This document shows, piece by piece, positions 10,202 through 18,506 of a stretch of DNA of 64,000 nucleotides. Position numbers and translations under genes: made by a program. The notes under the pieces are model-generated. The model made no database searches, was not told the DNA's origin, and worked only from the letters and a program-made list of their open reading frames with translations. The DNA lies in assembly GCA_964528565.1 (NCBI GenBank), contig CAZGSP010000039.1, forward strand, positions 10,411 through 74,410, in the 5' to 3' direction. This DNA comes from an uncultured Pseudomonadales bacterium (GTDB taxonomy: Bacteria > Patescibacteriota > Microgenomatia > UBA1400 > MFAQ01). Position 1 is the first letter of the stretch, and each line of letters opens with the position of its first letter.

Positions 10202-11517
10202 TATGAATTTTTGTAGTTTTCAACGACGAATGAAGACTCGAGTTTGGAAGTTCTGACAAATTTTTCCATGTCACGGATAAGCTTGAGAGTTACATCTTCC
10301 TCCTTGAATGAGTTTACAACAAGTTCACGGCCCTTTTGAGCGATGTTTCTGAGCTCGGTTTGGTGTGCCTGATAATATTTAATCTTCTGTGTGAGCCCAG
10401 CCAGAGTTCCATCGTAAGCAATATAATTGACTCCGTCCTGTAAACCCAGATCTTTGTACATATAGCTATCTAAACCGATATAAGCACAGCCGCAAGCCAT
10501 ACCTTCGATAAAATTGATGGAGGGGAGGCCAATATTCTCCTCCGGGCATACAAACATCTTGTATTGGTTGTACTTCTCTACGATATCAAAACTATGGTAT
10601 TTTTTTAGGTCAGAATTAGTGAGGCTTGCCCAGATTTTTAAAATAGCCCAGCCTGAATAAAAGTATTTTTTTGGGCTGTGTTTTTCATTTGTTTGAGGAG
10701 AGATAAAACAATCGATGTATTTCTTAACAATATCCCTTTTTTCATAGATTTCTTTTCTCATGGTGTGAAGAGCGTTGGTATGAAAAAAGTTCATATAATC
10801 AGAGTGGGCACCGCTAACAGCTTCATAGGTATCCGAAAGCAGAAGAAGAGTGCCTACGGCGAAACACTTATTAGACCGTTTGGCAAATGGCACCCGAGAC
10901 TGGTACCGGTCCTTGAGCACAAAGGGTAAAACATATACTTTTTTGATAAAACTAAAATATTTCCGAAAAAAAGAGTTTTTAGCGATGTTTGCCTCACCAA
11001 GAAGATGTCTGACACCCACGCTTTGAACGTTTTTGGCAACTTGGGCCGTTCTACCAAAATAATGAGTGGCGTGGAGTAGTTTCTTACCCTTAAACGTTTT
11101 TAGAAATGATTTTTTGATCACCTTATCGTTGAGAAAGGTATCTGTCAGTGAACAAAAACCAAAAACCAGGTCACGCTTCTTGTCTAAGTAATTCTTGTCA
11201 AAAATTATCTTTTCTTTGAATGGATTTAGGCCGTTGAGCCAACACCAGATATATATTTCCAAAAAAGAGATGATTTTCAGAAGAAAATAATTATCAGAAA
11301 TGAACTTAATCAAGGAAGACCCGGAGGTTATGGAGGAGGCAGTTCCATCTACTACTAAAGCTGTCGGGCATGGCTTAGATTTGATAATATCCAGGAATAA
11401 ATCGTTTTTTTTGTTGTGAGCCTTTCTAAGTACAAATGAAATGAAGGTTCTGCCAATGGAGGTGTGGGGATTATAAAAGCTTAATCTCATGTGTGTATGT
11501 TCTAAGGAGTGAAACAT
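10201..11517 (-). CDS. Putative GT-B (GT4/CgeB-like) glycosyltransferase
   Basis: C-terminal FIEGMACGCAYIG, LQDGVNYIAY and IAQKGRELV match the Glyco_trans_1-like nucleotide-binding end. The N-terminus is divergent. Confidence 0.65.
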   Translation of the reverse strand: MFHSLEHTHMRLSFYNPHTSIGRTFISFVLRKAHNKKNDLFLDIIKSKPCPTALVVDGTASSITSGSSLIKFISDNYFLLKIISFLEIYIWCWLNGLNPFKEKIIFDKNYLDKKRDLVFGFCSLTDTFLNDKVIKKSFLKTFKGKKLLHATHYFGRTAQVAKNVQSVGVRHLLGEANIAKNSFFRKYFSFIKKVYVLPFVLKDRYQSRVPFAKRSNKCFAVGTLLLLSDTYEAVSGAHSDYMNFFHTNALHTMRKEIYEKRDIVKKYIDCFISPQTNEKHSPKKYFYSGWAILKIWASLTNSDLKKYHSFDIVEKYNQYKMFVCPEENIGLPSINFIEGMACGCAYIGLDSYMYKDLGLQDGVNYIAYDGTLAGLTQKIKYYQAHQTELRNIAQKGRELVVNSFKEEDVTLKLIRDMEKFVRTSKLESSFVVENYKNS

Positions 11518-11587
11518 GTCTGGTTGTTTGGTGTTTGTTATTATTTTAACTTAATGTCATTCCCGTATTGCAATGAGACGTTAACTT

Positions 11588-11630
11588 AAACACATATTAT
11601 AAGTGTTTGTGTATTATAATCGGGTATAAT
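11588..11630. promoter_or_regulatory. Divergent promoter region with several -10 boxes
   Basis: TATAAT on + at 11615-11620 and 11625-11630, and on - at 11596-11601 and 11613-11618. Imperfect palindrome AAACAC-N9-GTGTTT at 11588-11608. Lies between divergent genes. Confidence 0.55.
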
Positions 11631-11657
11631 CCGAATTCATTTAATATAACCAAACTC

Positions 11658-12191
11658 ATGAAAAAAAATACGAAGTCTATGCTACCAAAATATTTTGTTC
11701 TGGACGTTGACGGTGTTATGACTGATGGACAATTTCATTATACCGTTGATGGTAAGGTGTCGAAAGTTTTCGGTCCCGAAGATAACGACGCTCTGTGTCT
11801 TCTTCAAGATAAGCTGAAAATATATTTTGTGACCGGCGATAAAAGGGGGTTCGAAATTTCTAAAAGGAGAATTGTTGATGATATGCATTTTCCTCTTGAA
11901 CTCGTCAGTACTTTCGAGAGAATTGAATGGATTAAGAGTAAGTTGGACTTGGAAAATGCCATTTATATGGGAGATGGTATTTTTGATTCGATCGTCTTTA
12001 ATCAAATCGGTTATGGTATCGCTCCAGCCAATGCCTTTTTCAAAACCAAAGAGTATGCCGACTTTGTAACCAACTCCAGAGGTGGCGAGGGCGCTGTAGC
12101 AGAAGCTTGTCTTCATATAATGGAAAAGTTTTTCGAACCATTTGATCCATTGAAAATAAAGGTTAAAAAGGTTGGTGTTTGGGGACAATAG
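11658..12191 (+). CDS. HAD-superfamily phosphatase, KdsC/YrbI-like
   Basis: LDVDGVMTDG, VTGD, YMGDGIFD and GGEGAVAEAC motifs. The ATG at 11658 (or 11679) is preferred over the TTG at 11607. Confidence 0.85.
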   Translation: MKKNTKSMLPKYFVLDVDGVMTDGQFHYTVDGKVSKVFGPEDNDALCLLQDKLKIYFVTGDKRGFEISKRRIVDDMHFPLELVSTFERIEWIKSKLDLENAIYMGDGIFDSIVFNQIGYGIAPANAFFKTKEYADFVTNSRGGEGAVAEACLHIMEKFFEPFDPLKIKVKKVGVWGQ

Positions 12192-12192
12192 A

Positions 12193-13011
12193 ATGATAAG
12201 CAAAGACACAATAATGTGCATCTCGATTGCCGAACGGCCGGGAAGTCTGGGGGCAACGATCTTCAACAACGCATTTAAGAGGCTGTCACTGGATTATATA
12301 TATAAACCCTTGCTTGTAGAATCAAAGAACCTGGAGATTTCTATTTTAGCGATTAGAGCTTGGGGGATCAGGGGATGTGGTGTATCTATGCCACACAAAA
12401 TTGAGGTCATGAAATACTTGGATAAGATTGATGGTACGGCCAAAAAGATCGGTGCGGTGAATACCATCGTAAATAGTGATGGAATATTGACTGGCTACAA
12501 TACGGATTTTGAAGGTGCCAAAATAATTACCAAGAGAGATTTTGACGTAAAGGGAGCGGACGTTTTGATTGCTGGCGCCGGAGGTGCTGCCCGAGCAATC
12601 ATTCAGGCTCTGATCGAGAACAAATCCTCAAAGATATATCTCACAAATAGAGATGAGCAAAAATCAAGGATGGTTGCAAAAGAGTTTAAGATCCGCTTCC
12701 TCCCCTGGAGAGATAAGGACCTAATGTCAGGTAAATTGCTAATTAACGCTACACCATTAGGAATGAGGTCTGAGGACAAGTGTATCTTTGCGGATGAGAC
12801 AATTAGACAATTTGATGCGGTGATGGACGTGGTCGTAAGTCTGCATGATACCCTTCTGATTAAAAAGGCTAAGAAATTTGGCAAGGTTGCCCTGCCTGGA
12901 ATACGCATGTCATCTCTCCAAGGGATGGTTCAATTTAAGTTGTATACTAGGAAAAATATTCCGATAAGAATAATTGAGGAAGGAATTCAACAATTTTTAA
13001 AAAAACACTAA
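12193..13011 (+). CDS. Shikimate dehydrogenase family protein, SDH-L (HI0607-like) subgroup
   Basis: Family motifs GCGVSMPHK, GAVNTIVN, GYNTD, GAGGAARA, NR and INATPLGM. N-terminus MISKDTIMCISIAERPGSLG resembles SDH-L and lacks the AroE PxxHSxSP motif. ATG at 12193. Confidence 0.85.
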   Translation: MISKDTIMCISIAERPGSLGATIFNNAFKRLSLDYIYKPLLVESKNLEISILAIRAWGIRGCGVSMPHKIEVMKYLDKIDGTAKKIGAVNTIVNSDGILTGYNTDFEGAKIITKRDFDVKGADVLIAGAGGAARAIIQALIENKSSKIYLTNRDEQKSRMVAKEFKIRFLPWRDKDLMSGKLLINATPLGMRSEDKCIFADETIRQFDAVMDVVVSLHDTLLIKKAKKFGKVALPGIRMSSLQGMVQFKLYTRKNIPIRIIEEGIQQFLKKH

Positions 13012-13012
13012 T

Positions 13013-14599
13013 ATGGATTACAAAGTATGTATTCTCGCCGCTGGTGCAGGTACAAGAATGGGCAAATTGTCCGATGGTATCAATAAGGCCATCTTGCCGG
13101 TAAATGCAAAAGCCGTAATTTCTCACATTATCGAAAAGTTTCCCCCGAACGTCGAAATAGTCATCGCAGTCGGGCACAAAAAAGAAACGGTAATTGATTA
13201 TGTGAAGCTGGCTTATCCGGAAAGAACTTTTGTCTTTGTCGACGTTGACAAGTATATTGGACCAGGAACGGGACCGGGTTACTCTCTTTTGCAATGCCGG
13301 AGTCAGTTGCAGTGCCCTTTTGTATTTTTTGCCGCCGACACAATTGTGCTGGAGGACGTACCCGACCCAGACCATAACTGGTTTGGAATTGCGCCCGTCA
13401 AAGAAACAGAACCATATTGTACTGTTCAAATAAAGAACAACCTGGTTTTTCAACTTGATGACAAAACAAAAAACGATAACAAATTTGCTTTTATTGGACT
13501 GGCCGGAGTGAGAGACTATGAAATATTCTTTACTTCACTGGAGAACAATAAGTCGGGTAACGGTGGCGAAATTCAAGTCTCAAATGGATTTAATGGTTTG
13601 ATTGAGCAAGAACTTATCCCGATCGGATTTACCTGGTTCGACACAGGTACGGAAGAAAACTATATTGAAACAAATAAGAATTTCACAAAAAGCAATAAAT
13701 TCGACTTCGGTAAGGACAACGAATTTATTTACTTTGTTAATGGTAAGGTGATTAAATTCTTTGCAGATGAGAAAATCGCCAAAAATAGATACGAGCGAGC
13801 GACTAAACATTTGTTGGGTCTGTGCCCAAGAATTGAAGGCTACCGTGGTAATTTTTATGCCTACAACAAGTTAGCTGGTCAAACTCTATATGATGTCTTA
13901 AATAACCATACCGTAAAGACTTTCCTAAACTGGGCCAGACTCAATTTGTGGAAAAATAGTGAAATATCTTCCGCTGAGAAAAAGATTTTTAAGAAGGCGT
14001 GTAAAGATTTTTACTATGAAAAAACATTAAAGCGGCTCAAAAAGTTTTATGAGAAGACCGGGATCGAGGATGGGGAGACTGTCATTAATGGTATTTCAGT
14101 CCCGTCGCTCAAAGATTTGATGGTTAAGATTGATTGGAAACATATTACCGACGGTGTTCCTTCTAACTTCCACGGCGACCTCCAATTTGACAATATTTTG
14201 GTTACCCGCGATCCTGTCAGTAATTTGGAAAAATTTGTTTTATTGGACTGGAGACAAGACTTCGGAGGGTTGACAAACATGGGTGATCTGTATTATGACC
14301 TAGCCAAACTTTATGGCGGAACAACACTCTCTTATCAACTAATCAAACAGGGAATGTTTAACTTTGACGCTAGCGGCTCCAGTGTATATTATAACTTTTA
14401 TCTTAAAAATGATCTCCTAGAAGCCAAAGAAGAATTTGAATCGTTCATTATCAAGAACCATTTTGATCTAAATAAAATTAAGATTATTACGGCGTTAATA
14501 TTTCTGAACATGTCTCCATTACACAACGACCCATTTGATTTGATGCTATATCACTTGGGCAAAAGCCAACTTTACAGATTACTTAACAATAAACAATAA
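13013..14599 (+). CDS. Sugar-phosphate nucleotidyltransferase fused to an APH/choline-kinase-like phosphotransferase domain
   Basis: N-terminal ILAAGAGTRMG...NKAILPV and WFDTGT. C-terminal HGDLQFDNIL, LLDWR and GDLYYDLAKL. Confidence 0.85.
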   Translation: MDYKVCILAAGAGTRMGKLSDGINKAILPVNAKAVISHIIEKFPPNVEIVIAVGHKKETVIDYVKLAYPERTFVFVDVDKYIGPGTGPGYSLLQCRSQLQCPFVFFAADTIVLEDVPDPDHNWFGIAPVKETEPYCTVQIKNNLVFQLDDKTKNDNKFAFIGLAGVRDYEIFFTSLENNKSGNGGEIQVSNGFNGLIEQELIPIGFTWFDTGTEENYIETNKNFTKSNKFDFGKDNEFIYFVNGKVIKFFADEKIAKNRYERATKHLLGLCPRIEGYRGNFYAYNKLAGQTLYDVLNNHTVKTFLNWARLNLWKNSEISSAEKKIFKKACKDFYYEKTLKRLKKFYEKTGIEDGETVINGISVPSLKDLMVKIDWKHITDGVPSNFHGDLQFDNILVTRDPVSNLEKFVLLDWRQDFGGLTNMGDLYYDLAKLYGGTTLSYQLIKQGMFNFDASGSSVYYNFYLKNDLLEAKEEFESFIIKNHFDLNKIKIITALIFLNMSPLHNDPFDLMLYHLGKSQLYRLLNNKQ

Positions 14600-14603
14600 C
14601 ATT

Positions 14604-15608
14604 ATGGGAAGCCGGGTTAATGCCAAGATTGGAATTGGACCAATGAGTAGTGAGGTCATAGAAGCAGTTTACCGTTACTCTCACTTCTATCGGAAGCAAT
14701 TGATGTTGATTGCATCGAAAAATCAGATTGATCACGCCGGCGGATATGTAAACGGTTGGACCACAAAGCAATATTGCCTTTTCCTAAAAGAAATGAAGAA
14801 AACTTATGGAAACAGCGATGTGATTATATGTCGCGATCATTGTGGTCCTGGTTTTAACGGGATAGATGACTTAAGAGATACTTACGAAACAATTAAAAAT
14901 GATATTGACAATGGGTTTGACCTAATACATATCGATTTTTGTCATTTCAAAGGAAACAGAGAAGAAAAATTGAATGAGTCGAAAAAGGCAATCGAGTATG
15001 CATTAGGCTTAAACCCGAATATACTCTTGGAAGTGGGTACCGACGAAAATCTCGGGACTAATTATAGTTTACCAAACCTTTCAGAGATAGAAAGGGAAAT
15101 AACGTTTATAAAAGGTTTTTGTAACCCTGAATTCTATGTGGTCCAAACCGGTAGCTTGGTAAAAGAAATTAATCAAGTAGGAAATTTTAATAAGGATTTC
15201 GTGTCAAAAATAGCGACAATTGCCAAAGAAAACGGAATCAAAATTAAAGAACACAATGATGACTATCTCGATAAAGAGACAATAAAAATAAAAAGAGAGT
15301 TGGTTGATGCAATGAATATTGCGCCACAATTTGGAGTTGTCCAGACTCAATTGGTCATTACCAAGTGTTTACAGTATGGTATAAATTTTGATCGATTTCT
15401 AAAGGATGTATATGATAGCGGAAAGTGGAAGAAGTGGTTAATGAACAACACCGCGGAGAACAAAATGCTTTGTTCTGTAATCGCCGGCCACTATGGATTT
15501 AATTACGAAAGCTACAAGGATATTATTCAACAATTAAGCACCCGTCTCGACATTAAGGAGTTCATTATTAATTCAATTTCCGATCTTATTGCTCACTATG
15601 ATATATAA
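14604..15608 (+). CDS. GatZ/KbaZ-like TIM-barrel protein (putative ketose-phosphate epimerase)
   Basis: LIASKNQIDHAGGY, RDHCGPG, GFDLIHID, EVGTDE, KEHNDDY and NIAPQFG parallel the GatZ motifs (NQV..GGY, DHxGP, GFxKIHLD, GTE, EAHSTDY, KVGP). Confidence 0.72.
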   Translation: MGSRVNAKIGIGPMSSEVIEAVYRYSHFYRKQLMLIASKNQIDHAGGYVNGWTTKQYCLFLKEMKKTYGNSDVIICRDHCGPGFNGIDDLRDTYETIKNDIDNGFDLIHIDFCHFKGNREEKLNESKKAIEYALGLNPNILLEVGTDENLGTNYSLPNLSEIEREITFIKGFCNPEFYVVQTGSLVKEINQVGNFNKDFVSKIATIAKENGIKIKEHNDDYLDKETIKIKRELVDAMNIAPQFGVVQTQLVITKCLQYGINFDRFLKDVYDSGKWKKWLMNNTAENKMLCSVIAGHYGFNYESYKDIIQQLSTRLDIKEFIINSISDLIAHYDI

Positions 15609-16032
15609 CGCATCACCAAAAGTTGTTACTAAGCCTTGGGGAAAAGAACTGTGGCTTGAGTTAAATGACCGGTACTGTTACAAAAGAATTTATCTTAAGG
15701 CAGGTACCAGAACAAGTTATCAATATCATGAGTATAAGATAGAGACCAACTATATTATCGAAGGAGAGGCAGAGGTGTGGCTGGAAAACGAGAATGGCGG
15801 GATTGAGAAAATAATGATGAAGGCCAATGACATTTTTAACGTACGTCCACCCCAAAAACATAGGGTAATAGCCAAAACAGACGTGATACTTCAGGAGGTT
15901 TCGACACCCGAGGTTGACGACGTCATTAGAATTGAAGATGATTCAGCCAGAGGAAGTGGAAAAATAGAATCCGAACATAAAAGGGTATTGAGTGGAGATG
16001 TCCTTCCCAAAAAAAAATCTAACAAAGTATGA
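15598..16032 (+). CDS. Cupin domain protein (mannose-6-phosphate isomerase type II-like)
   Basis: KPWGKE, SYQYHEYKIETNY, PPQKHRV, EVSTPEVDDVIRIEDD. ATG at 15598. Confidence 0.82.
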   Translation: MIYNASPKVVTKPWGKELWLELNDRYCYKRIYLKAGTRTSYQYHEYKIETNYIIEGEAEVWLENENGGIEKIMMKANDIFNVRPPQKHRVIAKTDVILQEVSTPEVDDVIRIEDDSARGSGKIESEHKRVLSGDVLPKKKSNKV

Positions 16033-16065
16033 GGGCGGACCGGTATCAATTGATGAGCCAATAAA

Positions 16066-16857
16066 CTACTTGGTAACTGTAATATAAAGGCTATTTAAAC
16101 CTAGGGTTGAGAGTAGCTGATCCGGAAGAATTGCGGATAGTTTTTCCAGGTAATCAGAACACCATAAGTTCTTATATGGATAAAAGTAATTCAACAGATT
16201 GGGATTGATAATGGGTCTGAAAGACTCGGTGAAGCCCATCTCTCTACTTAAGTCATGGATTGATTTGTAAGAGTATCTGCCAACGTGATGGTAAACTGAG
16301 ACCTGAGAGAAGAAATTATTTGCAGTTTTGTCCTTTTTAATCCTGATGGATGAAGGACAAATAATTAGATATCGACCGCCTTTTTTTAGCAAGGAATGGA
16401 CTTCAGCTAAGTGCCTTTTAATATCTTTTGGATGAATATGCTCCACCACATGATGCGAGAAGGCACAATCAACTTTAAGATTTCTGACTTGTTCAAGGTC
16501 AAGCTCGTAGTTTTTATCGCGATTCAGCTGGACGGTGTTTGCGGGGAAGTTACCCTTTAGTTTTGGGATTGCAGAGAAGTATACCTTTTTGAATTTTAAA
16601 GCAAAAAGTTTTATCTCAGCCAGCGAAGGGCTGATTAAATAAACAGTGAGAGTGGAAGTATCCCCTGAAAAAAAAGTAGGTAGTTTACGGTTTGAGACAG
16701 TACTCTCGTTCCCCAAATCCAATTTGGCGACCTCTTGGTACCAACCAGAATAGTATTCTTCGGCAAGACGCATTCGAGATTTGTAGCTTTGCTGAAGGTT
16801 AATTTCCTTATAAAAATTCTTGGCCTCAGCCAACACCTTCTGTTTGTTCATAATCAA
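16066..16857 (-). CDS. Methyltransferase type 11-like protein (degenerate N-terminal motif)
   Basis: VDCAFSHHVVEHIHP...LAEVHSLLKKGGRYLIICP and HVGRYS motifs. Confidence 0.68.
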   Translation of the reverse strand: MIMNKQKVLAEAKNFYKEINLQQSYKSRMRLAEEYYSGWYQEVAKLDLGNESTVSNRKLPTFFSGDTSTLTVYLISPSLAEIKLFALKFKKVYFSAIPKLKGNFPANTVQLNRDKNYELDLEQVRNLKVDCAFSHHVVEHIHPKDIKRHLAEVHSLLKKGGRYLIICPSSIRIKKDKTANNFFSQVSVYHHVGRYSYKSIHDLSREMGFTESFRPIINPNLLNYFYPYKNLWCSDYLEKLSAILPDQLLSTLGLNSLYITVTK

Positions 16858-16861
16858 CAGG

Positions 16862-18442
16862 CTATGCCGGAATTCTTTTTTTACTAACGGGCGTATAAAG
16901 AATAGACCTGGTCGTATTTTTTAGAAAGCTTCTAGTAAATAATTTCACGCCCGTATATATCAATTTCGCAGTATACCTAAAATCCTCGAAGCTATTAATT
17001 TTATTTAGTATTCTAATTGGATTTAGATATGACATTGCTCGATAAGCTATGAAACTCCGATAGGCATGTAAATGAAGTTTTTTAATTTCATCTTTGTCAA
17101 AATTCATAGTAGGTGCCGCCTCTTCGTTCAGCATTTTATACATTTCCTGATACTTCTTTTGATCAAATTTCATTGTTTTGAAGATATCATCAAAATTTAA
17201 TAAACCTTCCTTTTTAAAATCTTCATAAACGGGAGATGTGGGTTGAGGGCTGAGGGTGAAAAAGGCGGCGAAGTCTGTTCCGGAATGTTTAGCAAAATTT
17301 ATAGTATCGAGTATTTGCTCTTTTGTTTCATATGGGAATCCCAAAATGTGGGTACAGATAGTCCACATGCCGATTTTATTGGCATATTGTATTAACTCTT
17401 TTGCCTGCGCCAAGCTATGAGTTTTGTGAATATATTCTCTAATGTCTTTATTTCCGGATTCTATGCCAAAAGTGATACGGTAGCAGCCGGCTTTTTTCAT
17501 CTTTTTGATCAACCGCTTATCAAGGGTCCAATGGGCGATTCCATTCGGAGTGGTCCACCTAATATCCAGTTTTCTTTTAATTATTTCATCACAGATTTCT
17601 CCCCATCTTTTCTTATTAACGGCAGCAGAATCGTCCAAAAAGCCGATTTCGTTTATGCCATAGGTGTTGTGGAGCAACTCTAGTTCGTCGACTGTTTTGA
17701 CTGCGCTTTTACCTCTCCAAGTTCTACCCCATACTGCCCTTACGGTGCAGTAAACACAATCGCCGGGACAGCCGCGACTGGACATAATTCCCAAAACGGG
17801 TGTCCTCATGGTATAAATACTTCCCTTGGATAGACCGGCATACTTTTTGACATCGACCAAAGAATAATCTAAGGGCGGAAGTTTGTTCAGGTCCCAAATA
17901 AGCCGACGCTTTTCGTTTTCGATGATTTTTCTTCCTTTTTTGTAGACTAGCCCTTTTATATCTGAGACATCTAGATTTTTTTCTAATAGATGACGGCTTA
18001 ATTCCAGTAAAGTTTCTTCTCCCTCTCCGACCACTACATAGTCAAACATGCCCATGCCAACAATCCATTTGGCGAAAGAGGATGCATGATTACCTCCGGT
18101 GACAATCTTTATTTTTGGATTTATCTTTTTGATGTAGGTCGCCAAGTTAACAATATCTTGGAAATGTCTGGAATACATACAAGACAAACCAATCAAGATT
18201 GGTTTCTTTTCGTTAATTATTTTTTTGATTTCAGCATTAGATTTACCACATCTTTTCCGTTTACCGTCTGTGATCCAATCATTGAAATCAAACATTCCTA
18301 ATTCTTCGATGCTACATGAGACGCCATTGGCGTTGAGATAGGTTGCAAGATTTAGTAAATTTAGTGGAAGGCTGGCCAAAATCAACTCCTGAGAGTCTTC
18401 CTCCACTGTGTAGTATTGATTGAAAAGCAGAACATTTGACAT
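16862..18442 (-). CDS. B12-binding radical SAM protein
   Basis: PLNLLNLA, VTGGNHAS, VVVGEGE, SRGCPGDCVYC (CX3CX2C), FGIESG and LGFPYET motifs. Confidence 0.92.
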   Translation of the reverse strand: MSNVLLFNQYYTVEEDSQELILASLPLNLLNLATYLNANGVSCSIEELGMFDFNDWITDGKRKRCGKSNAEIKKIINEKKPILIGLSCMYSRHFQDIVNLATYIKKINPKIKIVTGGNHASSFAKWIVGMGMFDYVVVGEGEETLLELSRHLLEKNLDVSDIKGLVYKKGRKIIENEKRRLIWDLNKLPPLDYSLVDVKKYAGLSKGSIYTMRTPVLGIMSSRGCPGDCVYCTVRAVWGRTWRGKSAVKTVDELELLHNTYGINEIGFLDDSAAVNKKRWGEICDEIIKRKLDIRWTTPNGIAHWTLDKRLIKKMKKAGCYRITFGIESGNKDIREYIHKTHSLAQAKELIQYANKIGMWTICTHILGFPYETKEQILDTINFAKHSGTDFAAFFTLSPQPTSPVYEDFKKEGLLNFDDIFKTMKFDQKKYQEMYKMLNEEAAPTMNFDKDEIKKLHLHAYRSFIAYRAMSYLNPIRILNKINSFEDFRYTAKLIYTGVKLFTRSFLKNTTRSILYTPVSKKRIPA

Positions 18443-18506
18443 GAGTTTGATTATTTATTTGGAAGGTTTTGACAATAAGAGATTGTAACCCCTGTTGGTG
18501 TATTTT

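Noticed and set aside
11682-12269. 195 aa antisense ORF over the KdsC-like gene
   Set aside because: It has no recognisable motif and shadows a well-supported + strand gene.
16033-16065. Possible bidirectional terminator (ATCAATTGAT palindrome)
   Set aside because: The stem is weak and has no U-tract, so the support is insufficient.
11520-16066. Possible invertible (phase-variable) segment for the + strand cassette
   Set aside because: I found no matching inverted repeats at the two ends and no recombinase in the window.
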